Below, in pieces: positions 29,225 to 38,511 of a DNA stretch of 42,774 nt. Numbering within the stretch: position 1 is the first letter of the stretch; every line of letters starts with the position of its first letter. This DNA comes from an uncultured Clostridia bacterium (GTDB taxonomy: Bacteria; Bacillota; Clostridia; Christensenellales; UBA1242), in contig CANQFL010000003.1 of NCBI GenBank assembly GCA_947598785.1, forward strand, positions 1 through 42,774. The letters are read 5' to 3'. Both the position numbers and the translations under genes were made by a program. The notes under the pieces are model-generated. The model worked only from the letters and a program-made list of their open reading frames with translations, was not told the origin of the DNA and made no database searches.

Positions 29225-30088
29225 ATGAGTAAATTTGAAGACATAAAAATAAAATCAATAAAAGGGCTAAAACAACCTACTATTTATTATTTCTTAAAAG
29301 AAAATAGTTTTTCAGAACATTATATTAAAAATCTTAGAAATATCTCAGGTAGTATATTTTTAAATGGAATTAAAACTACTATTCGAGAAAAAATTAAAGT
29401 TGGAGATGTAATAAGTATTTCAACAAGTCCTAACAAAAAAACCGATATCTTGTTATGTGATGGAGATATAAAAATTTTATATGAAGATGACGATTATTTG
29501 ATTGTATTTAAACCTCATAACCTTGCTTGCATTCCAACCCGTTCTCATTATACACAAAATTTAGGTGGACAAATTTGCAAATATATGTCCACTAAAGATG
29601 AAAACTTTGTATTACGAATCATTAATCGTCTAGATAAAGAAACAGCTGGAATTGTTATAATTGCAAAAAATATAATATCACGAAATTCTATAAAGAATAT
29701 TTATAAAGAATATCATGCTCTTTGCAGTGGAATTTTAAAAGAAGATGAAATAACAATCAATGAACCAATTGAAACAGTCACTATAAACGGAATAAATCAA
29801 ATTAAAAGAATAGTTTCTGAAAATGGTAAACCGGCAATAACACATGTTAAAGTTTTAAAAAGATTTACAAATTCAACACTAATAAGCGTAACATTAGAAA
29901 CAGGCAGAACACATCAAATTCGTGTACATTTATCTCATATTGGACACCCACTAATTGGTGATACATTATATAATCCAGACCAAAACAACATCATAAACCA
30001 TACAATGCTCTTATTAAAAAAAGTATCATTTATTCATTTTAGAACAGGTCAAAAAAAAAGTATTGAAACAGAAGAAACTTTAATTTAA
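29225..30088 (+). CDS. RluA-family pseudouridine synthase
   Basis: S4-like N-terminus, KP motif, NRLDKETAG catalytic Asp, TGRTHQIRVH, GDTLY. Confidence 0.93.
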   Translation: MSKFEDIKIKSIKGLKQPTIYYFLKENSFSEHYIKNLRNISGSIFLNGIKTTIREKIKVGDVISISTSPNKKTDILLCDGDIKILYEDDDYLIVFKPHNLACIPTRSHYTQNLGGQICKYMSTKDENFVLRIINRLDKETAGIVIIAKNIISRNSIKNIYKEYHALCSGILKEDEITINEPIETVTINGINQIKRIVSENGKPAITHVKVLKRFTNSTLISVTLETGRTHQIRVHLSHIGHPLIGDTLYNPDQNNIINHTMLLLKKVSFIHFRTGQKKSIETEETLI

Positions 30089-30091
30089 AAT

Positions 30092-30120
30092 AAAAAACCT
30101 GTAAAATTTACAGGTCTTTT
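30092..30120. terminator. Bidirectional terminator between rluA and the small basic protein gene
   Basis: ACCTGTAAA-a-TTTACAGGT stem with A and T tracts on its flanks. Confidence 0.65.
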
Positions 30121-30134
30121 ATTGGATAGGTTGA

Positions 30135-30299
30135 CTATTTGCAAGCCTTAGCAGAACTAGATTTTTTTCCACTGCAACTACAACTAGCACTCTTTTTAGA
30201 AGAAGATGCTTTTGAAGAAGTTTTAGAAGATGTCATTTCTTTTCCTGCTTCAACATTTTTTGTTGATGCTTGGTTTTTAGCCTTTTTTCTTCCAAACAT
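30135..30299 (-). CDS. Small basic Lys/Ser-rich protein, 54 aa (not in the ORF track)
   Basis: GGAGG RBS; MFGRKKAKNQASTKNVEAGKEMTSSKTSSKASSSKKSASCSCSGKKSSSAKACK*; has its own promoter and terminator. Confidence 0.75.
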   Translation of the reverse strand: MFGRKKAKNQASTKNVEAGKEMTSSKTSSKASSSKKSASCSCSGKKSSSAKACK

Positions 30300-30342
30300 A
30301 GCCTTACCTCCATTTTTTCAAGGTACATAACCTTGTTATTTA

Positions 30343-30371
30343 TATTTTGTCTATTAAGTCGAATATTATAC
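30343..30371 (-). promoter_or_regulatory. SigF/SigG-like forespore promoter
   Basis: GTATA-N15-GACAAAATA, also readable as GTATA-N17-CAAAATA. Confidence 0.5.
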
Positions 30372-30469
30372 AATATTTGATTAAATTCTTTTCAATTAAT
30401 TTCCCAAAGAATTTAACAAAAAAAACAATAAAAAACATATGCAAAGGATATTTACATAAAAGATGTAAA

Positions 30470-30496
30470 AAAAACAAGAGAAACACTCTTGTTTTT
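30470..30496 (-). terminator. Terminator after the DUF1292 gene
   Basis: AAAAACAAGAG-N5-CTCTTGTTTTT hairpin. Confidence 0.65.
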
Positions 30497-30501
30497 AAAT
30501 T

Positions 30502-30891
30502 TTATTTCTTATTAGGCTTTTTTGCTTTATTTGAAGCTTCATCAAGTAAATCATAATATTCGTCAAAAACGTCCATAGCTACCTTTTCATCAGCTTCAAC
30601 CATAAGAACAGGGTCTTGACCTTCTCTTTCTTGAACATAGAAGACAATAGCTTCATCGTCTTTAACATTCTCAATTTTATCAATAGGTTTTAAAACACAA
30701 TATAATTTATCGTTATAAGGAATTACAGCAATTTGTTCAAAAGATAATTTCTTTCCATTTCCATCCATTAAAACGATAGGGTCCTTATTATCTTCATCCA
30801 TAAGCACATCAATAATATTATAACTTGCTTGTTCCTCAGCTTGAACTTTTTTTGAAACTTCTTCAACTTTTTGAACTTTTTTCTTATCCAT
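30502..30891 (-). CDS. DUF1292-like acidic protein
   Basis: IVLMDGNGKKLSFE...YCVLKP...VFDEY pattern; follows ruvX as in the yrrK-yrzB arrangement. Confidence 0.75.
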   Translation of the reverse strand: MDKKKVQKVEEVSKKVQAEEQASYNIIDVLMDEDNKDPIVLMDGNGKKLSFEQIAVIPYNDKLYCVLKPIDKIENVKDDEAIVFYVQEREGQDPVLMVEADEKVAMDVFDEYYDLLDEASNKAKKPNKK

Positions 30892-30902
30892 AACCTTCTC
30901 CT

Positions 30903-31328
30903 TTACTTTTTTAAGTTTTCATCAAGATAATTTTGCAATATAATTTGAGCTGAAACCTTATCCAAAAATTCCTTTCTTTTTTCCCATTTGATTTTTGCCT
31001 CTTTTAGCAATTCCTCAGCCTCATAAGATGTATATCTTTCATCTTGAAAAGCAATATTAACTCCTGTGAGTTTTTGCAACTTGTCAGCGAATTGCCTAAC
31101 AGTTTGACACATTTCACTTTCTTCGCCATCTGTCTTAAGAGGTAACCCCAAAACAACTGTGTCAACATTATGAGTTTTAATCAAATTAGCAAAATAATCC
31201 AAATCTTTTTCTTCGGTTTGAGTTTTATAGATATGGTCAGCAGAAGCGATAGTGCAAGTCAAGTCAGAAAACGCCACTCCTATACGTGCTTTACCATAAT
31301 CCAAACACATTTTTCTCGTATATTGCAT
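30903..31328 (-). CDS. ruvX: RuvX/YqgF family nuclease (putative pre-16S rRNA nuclease)
   Basis: LDYGKARIGVA, VLGLP, DERYTS, DKVSAQIILQNYL. Confidence 0.93.
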   Translation of the reverse strand: MQYTRKMCLDYGKARIGVAFSDLTCTIASADHIYKTQTEEKDLDYFANLIKTHNVDTVVLGLPLKTDGEESEMCQTVRQFADKLQKLTGVNIAFQDERYTSYEAEELLKEAKIKWEKRKEFLDKVSAQIILQNYLDENLKK

Positions 31329-31403
31329 ATATCACCATAATTATTTTATCTAATTTAAAAAAAATAGTCAAATAAAATACAAACAAAATTCAAATAATGG
31401 AAA

Positions 31404-33899
31404 CTATTTACATTCAAATAAATTTTGCCCACAAGAAACAGAAACGGTAAGAGGAACAGTAAAATGGCAAATATTTTCCATTGTATCTTTTAAAATCGTT
31501 TTAACCATATCAACTTCATTGCTTGGAGCATCAATAATAAGTTCATCATGAATTTGTAAAATGACATGACTTTGCAGACCTTTTAATTTTTTAGAAACCT
31601 CAATCATAGCCAACTTAATCACATCAGAAGCAGTCCCCTGAAGAGGCATATTCATAGCAACTCTTTCTCCAAACTTTCTTACATTTGAATTAGAAGATTT
31701 GATTTCTGGAATATGTCTAATTCTTCCAAAATAGGATTTTATATAAGAGAACTCTTTAGCAAAATCAACATTTTTATCCATAAAAGTTTTAATTTTAGGA
31801 TAACGTTCAAAATAACTTTCAATATATGATTTAGCCTTCAAGCGAGATGTCTTAATATTTTGAGAAAGACCATAATCACTAATTCCATAAATAATTCCAA
31901 AATTAACAGCTTTCGCATCACGTCTTTGAGCACTAGTAACTTGATTGACATCTACGCCAAAAATTTCGCTTGCAGTTTTAGTATGAATATCAATGCCATG
32001 ACGATAAGCTTCAATCATGCTTTCTTCATCAGCTAGGTTTGCAAGCAACCTTAGTTCAATTTGATTATAGTCAGCAGAAATAATTTGTCCATTGGTATAT
32101 TTTGAGATAAAAATTTTTCTTAAATTTCTACCTTCTTCATCACGCGTAGGGATATTTTGCAAATTAGGTTCAGAGCTTGATAGACGACCTGTAGAAGTAA
32201 GAGTTTGATTAAAAATAGTGTGAATTACATCACCAGAAGATTTACAAATATTTTTATAAACATTAATGTAAGTGCTAACAAGTTTGCTAAGTTTACGATA
32301 AGAAATTATCAAATCAACAATATCATGTTGCCAACGGATATCGTCAAGGACTGCAAAATTAGTGGACTGTTTTTTATTATTAAAAGATTTTAGTCCAAGT
32401 TTTTCAAATAGAATATTAGCGACTTGTTTAGGAGAATTAATATTAAAATTTTCCCCTGCAAGTTGATAAATTTTTTGAGTCAAATCAGCAAGTTCGCTAG
32501 AATATTTTTCGTCCAAAACGTCAAGCATAGATTTATCAATTCTAAACCCCTCATCTTCCATATCGACTAAAACATTTACAAGAGGAATTTCAATATTATT
32601 GTATATATTATCAACTTTATCATCTATCATTTTCTTTTCTAAAGAAGTTTTTTCGTTGATGTATTCGTTTACAGAAATTTCAGGTAATTTAGGCAGCCCT
32701 GCATACAAAACATATCTTGCAATTTCGATATCAAAAAAATTAACTAAATCAATATTTATTTTTTTTAAAGTTTTAATATCTTCTTTAGCAGAAGAAGTAA
32801 TTTTAACAATATCTTTATTTTCAAAAATATTTTTCAATTTTAGCAACATTTCATTTGTATCAACAATTGGAGAGAATAAATCAATTTCTTTTTTTACATA
32901 AAAAATATCTTCTCCGTTAATAGCAAATTCCATTTTTTTTAAATCAAAGCAAAATACATTTTTAATATTTTTTATTAGTTCATCTATAACATTCAAATTT
33001 TCAATACAAATCCTATTTGCTTGTGTTTTATTAGAATGGACACCATCATTAAATAATTCTTTTCTATTAGTCAAACTCCTAAAATCCCAATTTTCAAAAA
33101 AGTCACGGAGTTGTTGAGAAAATGGAAATTGATACTGACATTCTTCTAAATTAAAACCGATTTCACAGTCAGTTTTAATAGTTGCTAATTTTTTTGACAT
33201 AACGCAAGACGAATAACCATTTTGCAATTTTTCTTTTAACTTTCCAGAAATTTCATCAATATGTAAATAAATGTTTTCTACATTATCATATTGTTCAAGC
33301 AAAGATAAAGCCGTTTTTTCACCTACTCCTGGAACACCTGGAATGTTATCTGATGCATCTCCCATAAGTGCTTTCAAGTCAATTATTCCACTAGGTTTTA
33401 AATGGTATTTTTCAAATAAACTTTTTTCATTAAAAACTTCAATTTCTGTAACACCCTTACGTGTCAACCAAACGGTAGTATTATCATCAATAAGTTGTAA
33501 AAGGTCCCTATCCCCTGAAACCAAGATAGTTTCTAAATTAGGAGTTTCTGAAAGAGTACCAATAATATCATCGGCTTCAATACCAGCGAACTCAAAAATT
33601 TTTATTCCCATAGTTTTAAGTAATTCTTTAATGATTGGAAATTGAGCCACTAAATCTGGAGGGGTTTCCTTTCTTTTAGCCTTATAACCTTCAAAAATAT
33701 CATTTCTAAAAGTTTTTCTTGCATGGTCAAAAGCGACAGCAAAATACTTTGGTTTTTGTTCTGTAATAAGCTTAACAATTAAATTAGCGAAACCAAATAC
33801 AGCCCCTGAAGGTTGTTTATCATGATTAGATAAATAAGGCATAGCATAATATGCCCTATTAGCCAAACTATTTCCGTCAATAATAATAAACTTATCCAA
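31404..33899 (-). CDS. polA: DNA polymerase I (degenerate proofreading domain)
   Basis: IDGNSL, EADDIIG, GDASDNIPGV (5'-3' exo); TGRLSS, ADYNQIELR, AKAVNFGIIYG, QIHDEL. Confidence 0.97.
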   Translation of the reverse strand: MDKFIIIDGNSLANRAYYAMPYLSNHDKQPSGAVFGFANLIVKLITEQKPKYFAVAFDHARKTFRNDIFEGYKAKRKETPPDLVAQFPIIKELLKTMGIKIFEFAGIEADDIIGTLSETPNLETILVSGDRDLLQLIDDNTTVWLTRKGVTEIEVFNEKSLFEKYHLKPSGIIDLKALMGDASDNIPGVPGVGEKTALSLLEQYDNVENIYLHIDEISGKLKEKLQNGYSSCVMSKKLATIKTDCEIGFNLEECQYQFPFSQQLRDFFENWDFRSLTNRKELFNDGVHSNKTQANRICIENLNVIDELIKNIKNVFCFDLKKMEFAINGEDIFYVKKEIDLFSPIVDTNEMLLKLKNIFENKDIVKITSSAKEDIKTLKKINIDLVNFFDIEIARYVLYAGLPKLPEISVNEYINEKTSLEKKMIDDKVDNIYNNIEIPLVNVLVDMEDEGFRIDKSMLDVLDEKYSSELADLTQKIYQLAGENFNINSPKQVANILFEKLGLKSFNNKKQSTNFAVLDDIRWQHDIVDLIISYRKLSKLVSTYINVYKNICKSSGDVIHTIFNQTLTSTGRLSSSEPNLQNIPTRDEEGRNLRKIFISKYTNGQIISADYNQIELRLLANLADEESMIEAYRHGIDIHTKTASEIFGVDVNQVTSAQRRDAKAVNFGIIYGISDYGLSQNIKTSRLKAKSYIESYFERYPKIKTFMDKNVDFAKEFSYIKSYFGRIRHIPEIKSSNSNVRKFGERVAMNMPLQGTASDVIKLAMIEVSKKLKGLQSHVILQIHDELIIDAPSNEVDMVKTILKDTMENICHFTVPLTVSVSCGQNLFECK

Positions 33900-33912
33900 G
33901 ATAAACTCTCAA

Positions 33913-34254
33913 TTATAATTTTAACATAGCAATAATTGCTTCAGTTTGTTCTTTTCCACCAAAAAGTTTATAAATGAAATCAGGTGCAGCTAAAACAATA
34001 ACATAAAAAACAATAGCAACAATCAAAACAATGAAGAAAACTGTTTTTAATGGATTAGGACTTCCTGCAAAATTTACTAATGCAAAACAGAAAATAATTG
34101 CAATGCCCCCAAATCTAACTATAAAATTAAAAATTTCAGTAAAGCCACCCATATCAGGATTCCAATTTGTTTTTACTCTCAAAACATCTACAATAAGGAA
34201 ACAGATATATGCAACCGAAACCATAGATAGAATTGTATAAAGTAATTTTTTCAT
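33913..34254 (-). CDS. Hypothetical membrane protein (3 TM), first gene of the polA unit
   Basis: AAGGAG RBS and its own TTGTTT-17-TATTAT promoter downstream of the capsid-operon terminator. Confidence 0.7.
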   Translation of the reverse strand: MKKLLYTILSMVSVAYICFLIVDVLRVKTNWNPDMGGFTEIFNFIVRFGGIAIIFCFALVNFAGSPNPLKTVFFIVLIVAIVFYVIVLAAPDFIYKLFGGKEQTEAIIAMLKL

Positions 34255-34335
34255 AAAATATTCTCCTTTTCTTATTCTTGATTTAATAATATCATATTAA
34301 AAACATAAAAACAAGTGTTTTTAATATATAAATAT

Positions 34336-34377
34336 AAAAAAAAGAAGAATCACGCTAATTTTGCGCAATTCTTCTTT
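34336..34377 (-). terminator. Terminator closing the capsid/holin operon
   Basis: AAAGAAGAAT...ATTCTTCTTT stem with a T tract on the minus strand. Confidence 0.65.
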
Positions 34378-34403
34378 GTATATTTATACATTATTTATTA
34401 TAT

Positions 34404-34661
34404 TTATTCACTTTTGTTTTTATCTATATCTTCATCATCAGATGTATCATCACTTTTGTCATTATTATCAGATTTACTATTCATACTTACGATACCTAAA
34501 ACAACAAATAGACCAGCAATAGACATAATACAATCTTCAACAATTTTGTTTTCAACTGTAAAGCCAAATAATTTACCAAATGAAGTTAATAAAATAACAA
34601 TAGCAGATGACAAGCTGACCCAAAAACTATAGTTCTTGAATTTATCAAAGAAGTTCTTCAT
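34404..34661 (-). CDS. Phage holin (phiLC3/holin_1-like, 2 TM)
   Basis: KFKNYSFWVSL...LGIV pattern, acidic C-terminal tail; start 34661 fits the GGAG spacing. Confidence 0.7.
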   Translation of the reverse strand: MKNFFDKFKNYSFWVSLSSAIVILLTSFGKLFGFTVENKIVEDCIMSIAGLFVVLGIVSMNSKSDNNDKSDDTSDDEDIDKNKSE

Positions 34662-34878
34662 ATTCATCTCCATTTTTAAGAAAATCTTTTATTTCTTTTA
34701 AATCTTGTTTAACATCATTTAAAGTTTGCAAAAGAACAGTTAATTCTTGAATTGTTTGTTGGTATTTTGTTTCACGTTTAGAACTATCTTTAAGTTGATA
34801 ACAAAACAGCCAAACAAAGAGAATTGCGAACACGCCATTGCTTACCACAATGCTAATAATTTCATTCCAAATTTCCAT
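34645..34878 (-). CDS. BhlA/UviB-family holin-like protein
   Basis: SNGVFAILFVWLF...KDSSKRETKYQQTI: one TM plus coiled coil, typical of BhlA/UviB. Confidence 0.8.
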   Translation of the reverse strand: MEIWNEIISIVVSNGVFAILFVWLFCYQLKDSSKRETKYQQTIQELTVLLQTLNDVKQDLKEIKDFLKNGDEYEELL

Positions 34879-34965
34879 AACATTTCAAATTCCTTTTGAT
34901 TGTTTTATAATCATCGATTAAGATTTTTTTTAAAAAGAAATTAGTCATATCAACAAAATGACAAA

Positions 34966-36465
34966 TCATTGCAAAACATCAAAAACAATCATAGGTTTTT
35001 GAATATCACATTGATTTTCATTAGTTTTAAAAGAAAATTGGAAATTTTTTCCATAAATACAAACAGAAATACGTTGTTCATTAGGATTTCCAGTGAATTT
35101 ATAAACCTTAGTTTCTTCGTCAGATTTGATTTCAATTTCACAGTTAAATTTAGAGATTATAATGATTTCCTTAATTTTTTTACGCTTTGATTTATAACCT
35201 AAGTCTGTAAAAAAAGAAGTCCAACATTTATCAGTAACATTTTCAAAAATCGAGCCATTATAAACAAGTTCCCCTACCCTTTGTTTAAAATTATCGGTAT
35301 TGAAACACGCACAAAGTTTACTAAAATAAGGGATATCAATAGCTAAAATTTTTAATATATCAACACCCCTTAAAAGATTCAATTTAAAATTGTTAATATC
35401 TATTTCAAACAAAACATTATTTACATAACTTTGATTTTCGCAACCGACAACATTATCGTCATTAAAATTACATTTAGTAGCGTAATAATATTTTCCATTG
35501 AGGCAAGCAGAAGAAGCAAATTTATTATCAAGATTTTTAAAATAGACATCATAATCAGAAGCTATTTTATTAACTGAATTTCCATTGAAAGCATAAAGAC
35601 CATCTCTAGTCATAAAAAAGATATTTTCTCCACAAAGACAGACTGAATTTTCATAAATTCTAGAAGCAGAATTATAAAGATGAGTGAAGGAAAAATCTTT
35701 AGTAGAAGAATAAATAGAAATTTTAGTGATGCCATATTCTCTGAATAAATATACATAATCATTGAAGGCAATAACTTTATTGAAAGAACCGACATTATCT
35801 AAAAATTCAATAGTGTTATTTTCTTCATCTTCCCATTCTAAAAGGTTTGTATTACTTTTATAAATGAGCATATTACGGTTTGTGTTTGTAATTCCAAAAA
35901 ATTTATCATAATGTACAGCACATGAAATTATAGGTGGAATATTTTCATATAGAGAAGCTGTTACGCTTGTAATAGCAAGCATACCCTCCTTAGAAAAGAA
36001 AAGGCAAGCATCTTTACCACTGATACGATAAAGGCATTGATAAATAGGAAAGCTTTTTAAGGCAGTAGATTGAGGCCAAACCATACCCTCAAACTCATCA
36101 ATCAGAGGTAAACTCCAAATTTTGAATTTAGTATCAATCAGCATAAGGTTATAGAAATAAGAATTTGAGTCAGGTTGAAACCATCTATCAAGCCAAATTC
36201 CCTTAATAACATCAATATCTTCTGCAAAATTCGCAGTATGGCAATCTTGTAAATTATCAATAGAAGCTGGAATTGCCAAGTCCTGAAAACCTAGACCTGT
36301 TTTTAACGCGCCATTTACATAAGAAAGGTTATAAAAAGATTTACATTCGTTAGCATTTTTAAGTTGGTCGTCTAAATCAGAAACGACACCAGCGTCAAAG
36401 ATAGAGAAAATCAAATTTTTTTCATTTGATTTTTTATGTTTTTTAATATTCTTGTAAAAAATCAA
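34966..36465 (-). CDS. Putative podovirus-type tail nozzle / head-closure protein (P22 gp10 or T7 gp12-like)
   Basis: N-terminal FDAGVV...NECKSFYN...GALKTGLG resembles nozzle proteins; beta-rich; TTG start coupled to the upstream stop; position after the adaptor gene. Confidence 0.5.
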   Translation of the reverse strand: MIFYKNIKKHKKSNEKNLIFSIFDAGVVSDLDDQLKNANECKSFYNLSYVNGALKTGLGFQDLAIPASIDNLQDCHTANFAEDIDVIKGIWLDRWFQPDSNSYFYNLMLIDTKFKIWSLPLIDEFEGMVWPQSTALKSFPIYQCLYRISGKDACLFFSKEGMLAITSVTASLYENIPPIISCAVHYDKFFGITNTNRNMLIYKSNTNLLEWEDEENNTIEFLDNVGSFNKVIAFNDYVYLFREYGITKISIYSSTKDFSFTHLYNSASRIYENSVCLCGENIFFMTRDGLYAFNGNSVNKIASDYDVYFKNLDNKFASSACLNGKYYYATKCNFNDDNVVGCENQSYVNNVLFEIDINNFKLNLLRGVDILKILAIDIPYFSKLCACFNTDNFKQRVGELVYNGSIFENVTDKCWTSFFTDLGYKSKRKKIKEIIIISKFNCEIEIKSDEETKVYKFTGNPNEQRISVCIYGKNFQFSFKTNENQCDIQKPMIVFDVLQ

Positions 36466-37022
36466 AACCAACCTCTTTTAGGTAGTAAATGTTCACCCTT
36501 TTTACTCCCAATAACAAATAAAGATTGTTTAAACCTTTCTTCCCAAATTTCAGCATCTTCACTAATTCCATCAATTAGAAGGTACTCACTAGCAACACCA
36601 TAGGCATAAATTCTACCAGTAAGACCTCTAACTTTTTCAACTTCATCATCAATATTAAGCACATCAGGCAAATAACTATAAGTAATAGAAGAAGCATTAC
36701 CAACAATTTCTATGTAATTAGAAAAAAGTTTAAATTTAAGATTAACACCATAGCGATTTTTAACAGAATAAACATTTATTAAATTTTTGCTTAAAGAAGA
36801 AAAATTTAATATAGAATTTTTCACAGAAATATTTTCATTAGTAAGAAAAGGGATATATTCACTTGCAATTTCTTGATTAACAAGATTAAAACATCTTAAC
36901 ATTATGTCAATTTTTTCTTGTTCTCTTTCTGAAAAAGTAGGACTTTCAGTTGACAGTTTTTTTTGAAGTTCTTTTTCTCCGACAAAATCACAAACCAAAC
37001 AAATAATTTCTTTAACTTTCAT
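36462..37022 (-). CDS. Putative head-tail adaptor (P22 gp4 or T7 gp11-like)
   Basis: 186 aa, helical termini around a beta insert (...YSYLP...YAYGVASEY...WEERF); position between capsid and nozzle genes. Confidence 0.5.
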   Translation of the reverse strand: MKVKEIICLVCDFVGEKELQKKLSTESPTFSEREQEKIDIMLRCFNLVNQEIASEYIPFLTNENISVKNSILNFSSLSKNLINVYSVKNRYGVNLKFKLFSNYIEIVGNASSITYSYLPDVLNIDDEVEKVRGLTGRIYAYGVASEYLLIDGISEDAEIWEERFKQSLFVIGSKKGEHLLPKRGWF

Positions 37023-37332
37023 AAAGTTTCTCCTTGAAATTATTTAAAACATTTTTAATGTTTGCCTTTTCAAGTTTTTGATTATAAGAATCAATTTCTT
37101 TAAAAATTTCATCGCTATTTTGAACTCTAGTTTTGAGAACATAAAAGACGGAACGTTCATCTAAACAATCAAAAGGAAGCGTAAGACAATAGCTTCCTTT
37201 TTTTTGACCCGAATGATGAAGTTCAAATTTATTCGTATCCAAATTTCTCATAATAAAATAATCGCCATCAATAGCCTTAATTCTGTCAACTATTCCAAGA
37301 CAATCACTTTTTATTTCAAATAATTTTTTCAT
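37012..37332 (-). CDS. Hypothetical phage-type protein
   Basis: Overlaps or abuts both neighbours within the capsid operon. Confidence 0.7.
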   Translation of the reverse strand: MKKLFEIKSDCLGIVDRIKAIDGDYFIMRNLDTNKFELHHSGQKKGSYCLTLPFDCLDERSVFYVLKTRVQNSDEIFKEIDSYNQKLEKANIKNVLNNFKEKLYES

Positions 37333-37335
37333 AAT

Positions 37336-38499
37336 TTATTCTTTTATAGAAGTTGGAATAGAAACAACATGACCAACACCAGAAGGTTTATGGCAAAGAA
37401 GTTCAGTATATTTAACCAAAGTAGCAGAATAAGAAGGGAAAGAATCATTTTGTTTAAGGACTCTACCGGCTTCATCTTCAAGCCATTTCCAATCGCCAAG
37501 TTCGTAGAAAACCAAATCATCAGTATTGATAAAGTAGCATTCACCTGCGTCAACTTGTTTAGTAGGAACAATAGGAATACCGAAATGAGTTAAAACTTTC
37601 ATACCATCTTCAAGAGTAGTAAATTCAATATTTTTATTATATAAAGTTAAATATTTTTGATAAAGGTTTTTAAGTTCATAAGAGCAGTTAATAAAATTAA
37701 CATTAGTCCCCTTCATTTCAAGTTCGTCAATAATACCTTGCACATATTCTTGGTCAAAAGCATCTGTTTCTTTAGCAGTAATGTTTGTAGCGTTAATATT
37801 AGGTTGAGCACTTCTTGTTACGCCGTACAAAGTAGGATTACTAACAATACCCTTAAGACCGATAATTTCGCTATCTTTAGAGCCATGCATATACATAACG
37901 TCACTAGTAGCAATAGTTTCTAAAGTATCAAGAGTAATAACTTTAGTAGAATAATCAACACTTTTGATTTTAACATTAGAAACTTTAAGGGAAGAATTAT
38001 CTTTAGAATAAATATCAACATACATTCCAGGAGCAATTCCACCGACCTTATCGACAGTAATTGTAGATTCAGTGTTAGTGAGAGTTGCTAAAGTTCCACT
38101 TCCATCTCCGTAAAGCATTCTAGAGAGATTAAAGATGCTAGCTTTTAAAAGAGAATCCATACCGTCTTGAAGAAGGTTAACGAAGGAATTAACATCTGAA
38201 GAAGAGCATCTAATGGCCTTATCGCTAATTTCAAATCTTCCATATAAATTTTTAAGTGGAGCAACGAAAGAAAGGTAAGGAGTTTGAACTCCGTCAGGTA
38301 ATTTAGAAGTTTCAGAACCTGCCATAATACCCCCATTGATACCGATAGGAGCTACAACACGAATTTCTTTACCTATAATATTTCTATTGCTTCTTTTAAT
38401 TCTGCTGAAAAGTGGATTAGTTTTAGTGTTAATTTGGTCAGCAATAACACCCAAATAAACATCTTTAAGAACATTTTCTGCATTAGATAATGTAATCAT
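37336..38499 (-). CDS. Phage major capsid protein (HK97-type fold inferred)
   Basis: 387 aa; E-loop-like GIMAGSETSKLP, KNLYGRFEISDKAI, spine helix ending LYGDGSG, GIPIVP; follows portal and scaffold. Confidence 0.85.
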   Translation of the reverse strand: MITLSNAENVLKDVYLGVIADQINTKTNPLFSRIKRSNRNIIGKEIRVVAPIGINGGIMAGSETSKLPDGVQTPYLSFVAPLKNLYGRFEISDKAIRCSSSDVNSFVNLLQDGMDSLLKASIFNLSRMLYGDGSGTLATLTNTESTITVDKVGGIAPGMYVDIYSKDNSSLKVSNVKIKSVDYSTKVITLDTLETIATSDVMYMHGSKDSEIIGLKGIVSNPTLYGVTRSAQPNINATNITAKETDAFDQEYVQGIIDELEMKGTNVNFINCSYELKNLYQKYLTLYNKNIEFTTLEDGMKVLTHFGIPIVPTKQVDAGECYFINTDDLVFYELGDWKWLEDEAGRVLKQNDSFPSYSATLVKYTELLCHKPSGVGHVVSIPTSIKE

Positions 38500-38511
38500 A
38501 AAAAACTCCTT

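Noticed and set aside
30139-30556. Plus-strand 63-aa and 69-aa ORFs
   Set aside because: No RBS; they are shadows of the minus-strand 54-aa gene, its promoter and the DUF1292 end.
33913-34254. 113-aa membrane protein as a third lysis gene of the capsid operon
   Set aside because: It is separated from the holins by a terminator, has its own SigA-like promoter and lies 13 bp upstream of polA.
37336-38499. Encapsulin nanocompartment
   Set aside because: The capsid gene comes with portal, scaffold and adaptor-like genes and no cargo enzyme, unlike encapsulin operons.
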